Source: Azolla caroliniana (Eukaryota; Plantae; Polypodiophyta). Taken from it: 64,000 nt of DNA. The notes under the pieces are model-generated. The model was not told the origin of the DNA, did not search any database, and saw nothing but the letters and a program-made list of their open reading frames with translations. The stretch lies in contig JBHGNT010000008.1 in NCBI GenBank assembly GCA_043228905.1, positions 2,728,001-2,792,000 on the forward strand, in the 5' to 3' direction. A program made the position numbers and the translations under genes. Below, one piece after another: positions 51,610 to 62,530 of this stretch (the first letter of the stretch is position 1; each line of letters starts with the position of its first letter).

Positions 51610-54459
51610 ATGGTCATGGACATGCATCATGAGCTGGTGGTGGGTGATTGCCTCAACATAAACCATATGTTTATGGAGAGGTGGGTTGCAATAGGGATGG
51701 TGGGGAGCCTAATTATGCAGATGCTCTTACTATTCACAAGAAATTACAATTATAATCCTAAATGGAGACTAGTGGCATGGCTAACCTACAATGCCTTGCC
51801 TTATGTTGCGACTACCATTCTCGCCGCAATGGTCGCCGCAATACACATGGGATGTAGTCCCGGTAACGTGACCAATCTATATGCCTTATGGGCACCCATC
51901 TTGCTTCTCCAACTCGGGATGCCTCATAATCTCTCGGCATACTCCGGCGCAGATGCGGAGCTATGGGCGCGCCATTGCGTCATCATGGTGCTCCACTCCA
52001 CGTTCGCATTATACATTGTCATCGCTATAAACATCGGCGTGGGCACAATGGCAAATGAAGACAATGTCGCCTCTCGATCTAAGAAAGCAGCCTACATGAT
52101 GTTGCCAATCATCCTTACGAGTTCCTCCCTTCTTGTTTCGGGCATTGCCAGGTACACGGACCGTGTCATAGCCTTACGTTGCGCGTCCAAATCCGCGCTC
52201 TACTGGTCCTCTCTTCCCATCTACGAGTTCATGCGCCTCGAGCCGTGGTTCGTCATCAACACATCGTTGTCTCCTCCTCCTCCCCCGGATCGTCCTTCGT
52301 CGGTAATCTCTTCTAGCCATATCGATCCACCTCTACTAATTAGCATTGCATCTAGTGGCCATCGTACCGAACATAATGTGGACACGACCTCCTCATGCGG
52401 CCCCATGCCTAACCAATGTTTGGCACCCGAACCTCTCTATGTCTACAACTACCTTCTTGTGGGAGAGCTTGAGTGGTACCGCCGTTACCTCCTCCTCGCG
52501 ACCGACGAATCCCCCGAGGACGAAGACGATGCCCGTTGCCGAGAGGCAGCGGAGCACACTCCAATGCTAGTCACCCTTCACGATGTGCTCTCGTGCGAGG
52601 GGCTGAGGACCTCCGGCCCGATACCTGAAGCGGCATCCCACCATCGTCTCGTCCAATTGACATGTGTCGCATTCTCCCTCTTCAAGCTCTACCGCCGTCG
52701 CCTCGCGGGGCTCTACATGTATGAATGGCGGCAACGCCGGAAAACTCCGCTCTTCTTCCTTGGGGGCCAGATAATGCGGAGCGAGGATGAGATCCTTTCG
52801 GTACTTGACATGGAGCTCCGGTTCTTGTATGAGAGCCTCTACACCAAATCGGCTCCTGATGTGGGATGTGCCCCAAGTGATTGTGTGCGAATAGTACGGA
52901 TCATGGGGGTTTTGTGGAGGTGGTTGAGGAGGATCTCGACCATTTTGATCATAGGTGTGTGCATCACTACAATCATAATGCTTTTGTTGGGAGGTGATTG
53001 TGCTTCTAATTGGCATATGGATGCATTTGATCAGGCAATTGGCTTCCTATGTAACCACAACACCAATGAAAATCATGATGTTCCGTTGTTTGTCGATCGA
53101 CATGAAGGCCGAGATGGCATGGAAGCTGTAGAAAGTATAAGTGCCTTTAGTTACATTTGGGTCACATTGTTGCTCATGGCTTGTGTTGTTCTTTTAGAAG
53201 TTTCTCGGCTCGTGGACGAAGCAGTGCTCTCCGATTGGGCCATCGTGCGAATGGCTTGCACACTTGTTAGGATGGAACACAAGATGAAGAAAATAAGTAG
53301 CCATAGGGAGCTAATAGTCAATTACAATTATAATTTAACTGGTGTTATGAACCGGTCGAATGATTATTCATTGAAAACCTTGCGGAAGCTTAACTACCTA
53401 AGCATGGAAGAATGGCTAGCCAAACTTGTAATGGGGGCTACTCACAAGTCAATGATAATAAGTCACTTGATGAGATCCATACTAAGGTGTCGGAAGAAGT
53501 ACTTGAGCTACACTGGTAGAAATATAGGCCAACATACCATGATCAAAACTACCAACACTACGACTACTACTAGCACTATTAATCATGACAATGATGATCA
53601 TGGCCCAACTTGCAACCATTTATCATATAATCTCGTGAATGAGTTCAAATGCTATGTGGTCGCCAAAGTGTTGGAGTCATGTAGAAACACTCGTGGGCAT
53701 GGTAGTACTTATCATCACACCCAACCCATTACATTCTCCTCTGCGTGGATCCATCACCTATACGTTCGCATGTCGAGCGACCAACGCCAACTTTGCTTGT
53801 TGGCTGCTTTGGGCGATGAACAATACTCGGACTTCGAGAATCTCCTCGTAAATTGGCACATCGCAACGTGTGTTTGCGAGTTGCTAGCCAACGATGTTGA
53901 CACCAACAATGTCAACTTGATCCATGTAGTTACCGAGCTAAGTACGACACAAGAATATCCGGCTCACAATCATAGCAATGCTAATATTGAATCGAGGGAG
54001 CATGGCGTCGAGATCGTGCGCAAAATGTCAAATCGATTGTCGCGATACATGGCATTCCTTCTCTTTCACAAAACCGAGCTTCTCCCTTGTCATCCACACG
54101 TCGGGAGAGAGCTTGCAACCGGAACACAACAAGCTTTGCACAAAGTTAATTGTTCACCCCAGTATTTAAGTAGTCATGTACTTAATAACATTGGGACAGG
54201 TAATGACCATGAAATCACCAATGCAGATGTAATTCCTTATAGAGTCCGAGGTGGTATGATGGCTGCCAAGAGGTTGTTAGAGATTGTGGATATGGAGGAG
54301 AGGTGGGGCCTTATTCTTGAGTTGTGGGTGGAGATCCTTATCTGTGCTGCTTGTGCTCCCAATAAGACCTCTGAACACTTGCACCATCTAACCCTTGGTG
54401 GCCAATTCCTCACTAACATTTGGGTTTTACTTGGCCACATGGGCTTGGGTGATAAATAA
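51610..54459 (+). CDS. Intronless DUF4220 + DUF594 membrane protein (949 aa)
   Basis: Long intact ORF. It has the DUF4220 signature WAPILLLQLGMPHNLSAYSGADAELWARH, ELRFLYESLYTK, WHIAT, LSRYMAFLLFHKTELLP, and a DUF594 C-terminus WVEILICAA...HLHHLTLGGQFLTNIWVLLGHMG, plus several hydrophobic TM segments. Confidence 0.92.
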   Translation: MVMDMHHELVVGDCLNINHMFMERWVAIGMVGSLIMQMLLLFTRNYNYNPKWRLVAWLTYNALPYVATTILAAMVAAIHMGCSPGNVTNLYALWAPILLLQLGMPHNLSAYSGADAELWARHCVIMVLHSTFALYIVIAINIGVGTMANEDNVASRSKKAAYMMLPIILTSSSLLVSGIARYTDRVIALRCASKSALYWSSLPIYEFMRLEPWFVINTSLSPPPPPDRPSSVISSSHIDPPLLISIASSGHRTEHNVDTTSSCGPMPNQCLAPEPLYVYNYLLVGELEWYRRYLLLATDESPEDEDDARCREAAEHTPMLVTLHDVLSCEGLRTSGPIPEAASHHRLVQLTCVAFSLFKLYRRRLAGLYMYEWRQRRKTPLFFLGGQIMRSEDEILSVLDMELRFLYESLYTKSAPDVGCAPSDCVRIVRIMGVLWRWLRRISTILIIGVCITTIIMLLLGGDCASNWHMDAFDQAIGFLCNHNTNENHDVPLFVDRHEGRDGMEAVESISAFSYIWVTLLLMACVVLLEVSRLVDEAVLSDWAIVRMACTLVRMEHKMKKISSHRELIVNYNYNLTGVMNRSNDYSLKTLRKLNYLSMEEWLAKLVMGATHKSMIISHLMRSILRCRKKYLSYTGRNIGQHTMIKTTNTTTTTSTINHDNDDHGPTCNHLSYNLVNEFKCYVVAKVLESCRNTRGHGSTYHHTQPITFSSAWIHHLYVRMSSDQRQLCLLAALGDEQYSDFENLLVNWHIATCVCELLANDVDTNNVNLIHVVTELSTTQEYPAHNHSNANIESREHGVEIVRKMSNRLSRYMAFLLFHKTELLPCHPHVGRELATGTQQALHKVNCSPQYLSSHVLNNIGTGNDHEITNADVIPYRVRGGMMAAKRLLEIVDMEERWGLILELWVEILICAACAPNKTSEHLHHLTLGGQFLTNIWVLLGHMGLGDK

Positions 54460-54460
54460 A

Positions 54461-55232
54461 TAAAATCATGTACATCTATATCATTCAATTATATTACACT
54501 AAAATTTCACATTATAGTTAGGTCTCAAACACACATACTCAAACATGTACTCTTAATTATAAATCATGACACCTTGATGTATTGTTGGATACTTAATATT
54601 TGATAGTATCACATTTCTTATTAACCATTGATGTACTACATACGGTTCTAATCTAAAATCATGTACATCTATATCATTCAATTATATTACACTAAAATGT
54701 CACATTATAGTTAGGTCTCAAACACACATACTCAAACATGTACTCTTAATTATAAATCATGACACCTTGTTGTATTGTTGGATACTTAATATTTTATATT
54801 ATCACATTTCTTATTAACCATTGATGTACTACATGTGCTTCTAATCTAAAATCATGTACATCTATATCATTCAATTATATTACACTAAAATTTCACGTTA
54901 TAGTAGGTCTCAAACACACATACTCAGACATGCACTCTTAATTATAAATCATGATACCTTGTTGTATTGTTGGATACTTAATATTTGATAGTATCACATT
55001 TCTTATTAACCATTGATGTACTACATACGCTTCTAATCTAAAATCATGTACATCTATATCATTCAATTATATAACACTAAAATTTCACGTTATAGTTAGG
55101 TCTCAAACACACATACTCAGACATGTACTCTTAATTATAAATCATGACACCTTGTTGTATTGTTGGATACTTAATATTTTATAGTATCACATTTCTTATT
55201 AACCATTGATGTACTACATAAGCTTCTAATCT
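54461..55232. repeat. ~193-bp tandem repeat (4 copies) starting immediately after the DUF4220/594 stop codon
   Basis: taaaatcatgtacatctatatcattc starts at 54461, 54654, 54847 and 55039; the copies are highly similar. Confidence 0.95.
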
Positions 55233-55987
55233 ACTCCAAGTGTTCAAACTTGTTCCATTATCACATGCAAATACATGCAAATCACTTCCAACTATCCTCA
55301 AGAAGAACTTTATATTGGTCCTTTGGCTTTGCACTCACTCTAGATCTGAAAGGACCTTGAAATTGATTGAAGTGCTACACCAACTTTTCTGCATGACCAA
55401 TCCATTGTAATTTGCAAAGCCCAACTAATGCAACAATTTTCTTTAGTGCTTCCAACGTAATATACGTGGAAAGTTGGAGTGAAGAAATGATTTTTGAGCA
55501 TACCATAAAACTTAAATTGAGGGGGATAATGGGTCTCACATAATATATTCACACACATCTTATTCTAGTGATTCATTGACTTCTCTTCAACCATGCCAGA
55601 GTAGTGTCTAGAAAATATCCTACCGTGTTTCCATATCTCTTTAGCTAAGAGTAAATGGAAACCTGGGAACATCAAAGAACCTTAGAAGTGACAGTCAATA
55701 TCAAGTCACCTCAAGATGAATATTGGACCAAGACCAATAACATTGACGATGCATGTTGTATAGTTATCGTGTTCATGGACATCCTTGAAGTTTTTTGCAA
55801 CCCTTCTCTAATAGAGACAATATTGAGTGTAGGAAAAGCCACAAAGACGGGAGATTGCATGATTTGGTCTATGTGTTATGTGTGCATAATGTAGGTGAGG
55901 GTAGGTCACACATATTTACAAAACATAAGTGAAGGGTATGGTCACTAATATGGGAAATTTGACTAATGTGATTGGATAAAAGGGAAT

Positions 55988-56137
55988 GAGGATGATGCCA
56001 TGGATGGCTATGTATGTCATGAAGATGAGAGAGATGACGATGCCATGGACGACTATGTATGTCATGAAGATGTGAGAGAGATGATGATGATGCCATGGAT
56101 GACTATGTACGTCATGAAGATGAGGGAGATGATGATG
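55988..56137. repeat. (GAT)n-GCCATGGA minisatellite, left part of an array split by MULE-2
   Basis: gatgccatgga...tatgtatgtcatgaagatg occurs 3 times, and the same unit resumes at 62531. Confidence 0.85.
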
Positions 56138-56299
56138 GCTCGTGTCTAATTTATACCTAATCATGAATAGGGTTGAGGGAATCGCGGCCACGGACGGTGT
56201 AGGTTGCTCAGAGGAAGGGGTGTGCGATCTGCATCGTCCAATTTGGATAAGAGAGAACACGCGAAAAAAATCTATCAGCTAATGAATCTCGAAGGGTTA

Positions 56300-58380
56300 A
56301 TGAATCCATGATGAGATAATTTGTAAAAGTTTATTGGAAGACAATGTTATGCTTTAGGGAATGTTGCTTTCGTTGACATGTATGCCAAATGTAACGATTT
56401 GGATATGTAGGCTAAATGTGATAAACTATGAATAGTACATATAGTGCTCAAGGGGCTTCTGGTTTAGGATGTATGTGGTTTCTTGGAATGCATCCCAACA
56501 TAGATCTGGCCAAAAAGCATGGACTCCTTTTGAACACAAGGCAAAATGACGGTGAACATGGATATGATAAGGAGACACTCATGTGCTATGAGAAAATGTG
56601 AGTTGAAGGTGTGGCATTAGATGACATTACACTGGCTTGTGTCTTGAAAGCTTGTGTTAGCAACAGAGGCACTGCGGATGTTTCATGAACATATGTTGAA
56701 ATTATCCTCACGGGATTAGAAAAGGAGCTCCTTATCAATGGTACTTTGGTAACTGATGTTTATGCTAAATATAGCCTACTTGTAGAAACCCAACAACTGA
56801 ATGTGGGGATGTCGAGAAGGTAATATGTTGTATTGAGAATATGTAACAAAAAGGTGTTTTTCAAGTCACTATACCATTACTTTGCAGCTTGAAATCATAT
56901 AATAGTTTAGTATTCATCAAGCAAATGCATGTTGAGATAATTAAGAAAGGATTCGACAAAGATCTTCTTATTGGCAGTACATTGGTTGATATGTATGTCC
57001 AAATTGGATGATTGAAGTAACACGTCAAGTTTTTGACAACTTGATAGTCAAAGATGTGATCCTATGGATTGCATTAATAATTGGTTTGTAGAACATGAGC
57101 ATGGTGAGGAAGCACTAAACCTCATGAAGGAGATGCCAACACATAATATCTTGCCAAATACATGTGTGCTTCTTTCTGGCTTGAAAGTTTGTGGTGATAC
57201 TCGAGACATCAATCAATGTAGTGTAATACATGCTGAGATTGTGAAGAAAGGGTTACATATTGAGACCTTAGTGTAATATCATTGCCAATACCTTAGTGGG
57301 TATGTAGGCTAAATGTGGTTTCCTCTAAACAACACACGAATGTTTTATGATCTTTCTGTGAAAGATGCAATTTCATGCAGTATAGTGACTGTAGAACATG
57401 TGGAACATGGATATAGTGAGAGAGACAACACTCTCCTTTTTTTATCAATGCATGCCAAATATGGAGAGTTTGTAAAATCTCAGAAAGTGCTTCAACAAGT
57501 TCCTATTTGAGTATAGTCTCTTAGACTGCACTTATTGTTGAGTATGCTAAATAAGGTCAAGGCCACAAAGTTGGACCATTTTAAACTGATTCAAAATGAT
57601 GCCATTGCCCCAGATACTGTCACATATCCTAAATGCTTGTGGGACTCTTTGATTTGTATATCAAATGTAGTCTGATAATGGAATGTGATTGCATTTGGAT
57701 ATACTGACTATGGGCTCAAAAAGCAGATGTTTTATGGCCTGGAACAAATGCAAGTAGAAGAAAATTGCTTGATTTGTTTGCTTCTTGAAAGCTTGTTTTG
57801 GCGTAGAGTCTCTAACAAGAGGAGGGGAATTACATGGTGATAATGCAAAAGAAGGATTTGCAAAAGATCCGTTTGTTGCTACAGTAAATGTGAACCAATA
57901 ATTGAAGCCCAAGAGCCTTTTGATGGATTATTGTTGGTTGGAGATGTGGTACAATGGACTGTCATGTTATTGGGCTATATTGAGCATGATAAGAATGAGG
58001 ATGCTACACAACTCTATCTTCAAATGCTGGTGCAAGGCCTCTTACCTAATATGATGACATTTTCTGGTATGTTGAAAGCATGTGGCAACATGGGAGATAT
58101 ACAGAAAGGGAAACAACTTCCATGTTCAAATGTCCTCGTAATACATGGAGGTCACACAAACAACTGCCTTATAGAGAAGTATGCTTGAAGCTTAACAAGT
58201 CTTTGCCATAAGACAAGCAAAAAGTCTTTTTGAATGGTCTAGTTTAATTTCGAGATATGCTCGAACAAAGAAATGGTGCAGAAAACATTTAGCACAATTA
58301 TGGTTTCAAATATCGTCTCATGGAATGCACTAAAAAGAGGCTATAGAGACTAAGGATATGCCGAGGAGGGGTTGTATTAG
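56300..58380 (+). pseudogene. PLS-class PPR pseudogene inside MULE-2
   Basis: Many PPR motifs (GNVAFVDMYAKC, IGSTLVDMYV, DVVQWTVMLLGY...PNMMTFSGMLKACG, IVSWNAL) broken by stops and frameshifts. Confidence 0.85.
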
Positions 58381-59207
58381 TTTTGAACAGATGCAACACA
58401 ATATATGTATATAGTTTCCTTAATTTTAATACCAATGGAGGATATTTTTTATGGGAAAAAAAATTTTGTCAGAGGTCGCCCAACTCTAAGTCCTTGGTTG
58501 CCCAACTACCTAACTATTTTAGAACAAAAAATGAAGTACTTAATGAAGAAATTGTTATATTGTAATGGTTTAGTGGCTAGAGTTATTCCTTTTTGTTAAT
58601 AGGTGCAAGGTTCAAATCTCTTTTCCTCTCTTATTGAGAATATGGTTTATTTTGCTTATTGGTCAATTTTGATATCATTTAGGTTTTCTTCTTTTTCAAC
58701 TTCTTTCTTTTTTAGGGTTTTGACATTTGGTTTAGGAATTTGATTCTTGCATGTATATTATTGGCAATACAAAATTTCTTTCTCGAGCACCTTTTCCTTA
58801 GATTATATAGTTTCCAACAAAAATACAAATGCAAAACTAACTTACTATACTAATGAAATATGTTTCAAATCAAACCACCATTACACATAAGGTTCAAATA
58901 ATGTTTCAAGAAAACAATAATTCATTAGAATAAAGGAAAGTAATGGAAACAATTATACATTAGGGTTTAGGGTTTAGGAAAGTAATGGAAACAATTCTAC
59001 CTTATTTCACTTAGTGGAATATGTTATTAAACCCCAAAATGCTTTCTTCTTTTCATATTTCATCGATGTAGTCAATATTGTACTCGGTTGTTACATGCAA
59101 ATGAATACAAATTCAACTATGACATACTTGAAACATAAAACATAAATCAACATAAATCAACATATAACATACTTGAAACATAAATCAACATATGACATAC
59201 TTGCAAC

Positions 59208-60192
59208 CATAGATTGAAATATTCGCATTCGTGGGGCCTCCCCCACGAATCCCAACGAATGCGTATACGAATATTTCTTCTAATATTCGTTAACTTTTTT
59301 TTCCCCTAATTTTTTTTTTGGAAAAAATTCAGTCGACGAGTAGCGAACAGAGACTTTCTGTTTTCTTGCCTTTCTCTCTCGCCTGCTCCCATTGAAGCTC
59401 CAATCCTCCTCTGCATCTTCCTGCGCGCAATCTCTTCTTCTTCGCAGTCTACAGAAACAACAGATTCAGGTATGCTCTTGCTTCTCCTCTGATTTTCCTG
59501 CAAGAAATATATGCTCTTTCGTGTAGTTTTGTTCTCTCACGAGAGAGAAGAGAGAGAATTTTTTGTTCTCGAATTTGGTTTTCATCGAATTTTTTGTTCT
59601 CGAATTTGTTCTAGAATTTCATTTCGTAAATCATAATTCGTTCCTTGTAGTCAAATTTTGTTTATTCTGCATTATGCAACAAAATATAGAAATGAAAAAA
59701 TCCATGTGCATATGTACTATGAAGAAGTTGCTCTAATAAACAATGCAACCAAAGGAATGAAGAGTCTCCTTTGCTTGTGCATGTTCCAAAGTGCAGAAAA
59801 AACCAGAAAATGAAGCTCATAAGGACATTATGGATGAGCTTGAAGATACGGATGATGAATGTGATAGTGCATAGAGTCTTAAGCATTTCGAAGCATTACT
59901 TAGAAGTTAGAAGTTAGAACCTAGAATTTAGAAATTACAATATAACGGCTCATAATCGCTTTAATTAAAACTTTTCTTTCTTATGTTAGTGTGATTTTGA
60001 AGACCTTCCATTTTTCTATAAATTGGTGATTTTTCCTTTTTTTTTTGAGTGAATTGAATAATTTTTATTATATAAATTTATTTTCCATAAACGAATGGTT
60101 TTATAATATTCTTGGAGCAATTTTATATTCTCGAATACTACGAATATTGCGGATGTCGAATACCACGCATATCACGCATGCTTCAATCTATG
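59208..60192. mobile_element. Non-autonomous hAT element nested in MULE-2
   Basis: TIR CATAGATTGAA / TTCAATCTATG with a perfect 8-bp TSD CTTGCAAC (59200-59207, 60193-60200). It is inserted into a gacatacttgaaacataaatcaacat repeat and has cgaat/attcg subterminal motifs. Confidence 0.88.
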
Positions 60193-60720
60193 CTTGCAAC
60201 ATAAATTAACATATGACATACTTGCAACATAAATCAACACATGACATACTTGAAACATAAAACTTAAAACATAAATCAACATATACATCATATTAATAGA
60301 AATCCACTTTAAACATCGTAAACCAATTTGCACCGGTCCACAAAACCACTCAAGCTATGTTTATGGCTCATCCGGAGATGATGGCAAGATGCGGCGACAA
60401 TTCTTGCAACAATAAGCATTCGAGTCTGTTGATCTAAATGTCAAGGCATCGCAATGCAAGCATGAAATCTTCTTTGTCGCACATATTGGCAACTGCCTCC
60501 TAGCTCGACTTGCACCTCTTTGCATTTTTCTGATGTGTGCCTTGGAAGTGTTTGGGGAGCTGCCAATAAGATCTTGTGAAATATTGTTAGATGCTCTTCT
60601 CTTCACACCAATCGCTTGCTTCCGCCTTATGGATCCACCGTCTTCTTCATTGGTTGGTTCCGGTGTCGTGAGGATTTTCGGCCATGGTGGGAAAACCTGA
60701 GCGGAACGAATAATACGAGA

Positions 60721-61394
60721 TGTGCAACGTAGCACATATACTAATTAAGTAACTTAGGAGTAAATAAGCAAATGTAAAGTGTAAGGTTTCTACGAAAATT
60801 TGTTGAGTGTAATATGATGATGTGGACTTGTGTGCACATGGGCACGTAGGAAAGGGGAGTACGTGGGGGATACAAATATGATGGGCAGTGGCATTGAAAG
60901 CGTGAGGTGAGAGAGTTAAAGGCCCACCGATTTAAGAGCATGGGAGATATTCCCCATTAAAGGAAAGGGGATTTGACTCCTCTTTATGTAATGTGCCTCA
61001 CCCGGGCCCTTACTACTATAAAAGGGAGTGAGGGGTCACTTTTGAGGGGCTTCCACTTTTTGGTGTTTTGTTTGGGGAGTCGCCATTTTGAGGGTTTTGG
61101 TTTAGGGTTTCACATAGGGTTTTATTATTATTCTTCTTTACCTATGCGGTTAGGGTTTCTTCTAGGGTTTTGATTTGGCCTACGCAGCTATGGTTGTAAT
61201 CGTTTAGTGGATTCTTAATATAGTTTGTTGATGTATCTTGTCTCTATTTTCTCTACCATGCTAACCTCTTATTCTTTCTCCTTTCCTCTTGAGCTCAAAG
61301 GTCGTAAAGGTTAAGCTCCCATTCCCCCTCTACTCCCTAGTCCAAGACCCCTTGCGGTCCCACCTAAGATCCTACACGTACCCGCGGAATTCCA
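60721..61394 (+). mobile_element. Probable solo LTR distantly related to the LTR at 20819
   Basis: TG...CA ends, near-TSD cgaga/cgata, a tataaaaggg box, and ctccctagtccaagacccc shared with the 3' part of the 20819-21591 LTR. Confidence 0.55.
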
Positions 61395-62530
61395 CGATAC
61401 TAGTACACCAACATGGTACCCCAACGCCAGTCTCATTTCTTTGCAAGATGCTATACATGCCAAAACATGAGCGCGGTCGAGGGATCGTAACCCTTGCCGA
61501 AGACATTGAATAGCTACCTCGGTCATTTGTAATTCTGACTCCCATTCCTCCATATCTAATGCACTTGGATTTGTCTCCTTGATTGGTTCTACCTCTGTCT
61601 CCACTAATAATCAATATCACGCGAATTAAATTCAATATCAAGTTAATATCAACACACTCCAACCGTAAACCATGACATTCTAAGGTCACATATCAATAAA
61701 CATGTTGTAAACAGTTTTTGAGAATAAACTTATTCATTGTATCAAATAAACCCTAAACAATTTCTACAATCATACTATTATGCTAAACCCTAAACCTTCT
61801 CCCCATCATTCTAATATCAAGCCATAATATCACATTAAAATCACAATATCAATCGAAACCTTCTCCCAAACCCTAATATTTCAACATGAAAAAGCCAACC
61901 ACATAAAAATAAAAATAAACAGAAATTGTAGAGACAAACATAAATGCATACCTGGGAAATAGTAGGGCACCAATTGCAGAAGTGATTGATGGGAATGTCG
62001 ATTGCAAGCCGCATGAAGAAAAATCGTTTTCCCGGCAAAAGAACCAGTCGATCTCGTTTGAAAAATTGAGAGATAATGACGGGTTTTAGGGTTTTATAGT
62101 CGTTGATTAAAAGGTTGGGCAACCACATGGCCACATTAAACCTCGGTTGGGCAACCACATGGCCATATTAAAACTCGGTTGGGCGACCACATTTTAACTC
62201 AATTGGGTGAGCAAACTTTAATGGTAGGTTGGGCGACCACATTTTAACTCGGTTGGGCGACCAAACTAAAATGGCAAGCTAGGCAACCACATTTTAACTT
62301 AGTTGGGTGACCACATAGATTACAGAGGCTGGACAACCGGAATAGGTAGGTTGGGCGACCGAGGACTCAGAGTTGGGCGGCCTCTGACAACATTTTGGGT
62401 CGCGTGATTCTTTATTATCCAAATCGGACGGTGCAGATCGCACGCACCATGCTTTGAGCGACCTGCACCGTCCAAGGCCGCGACTCCATCCCCAGCCCTA
62501 TTTATGATTTGGTATAAAATAGACATGTCC

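Larger units (their letters stand above)
56138..62530. mobile_element. Mutator-like element (MULE-2, same family as MULE-1), Pack-MULE-like with multiple cargo or nested pieces
   Basis: Ends are gctcgtgtcta...tagacatgtcc with a 9-bp TSD ATGATGATG (56129-56137, 62531-62539). The long TIR 56138-56270 plus 58464-58512 is inverted relative to 62345-62530. Internal 58560-58740 resembles MULE-1 25960-26095. Subterminal gttgggcgaccac repeats lie at 62113-62365. Confidence 0.88.

Noticed and set aside
58560-58622. Functional tRNA gene
   Set aside because: A/B-box-like motifs are present, but I could not build an acceptor stem or cloverleaf.
58467-62389. Independent 3.9-kb TIR element with TGTCAGAGG ends
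   Set aside because: No clean TSD. The inverted homology extends outward to 56138/62530, where a perfect 9-bp TSD is found, so these are inner parts of the MULE-2 TIRs.
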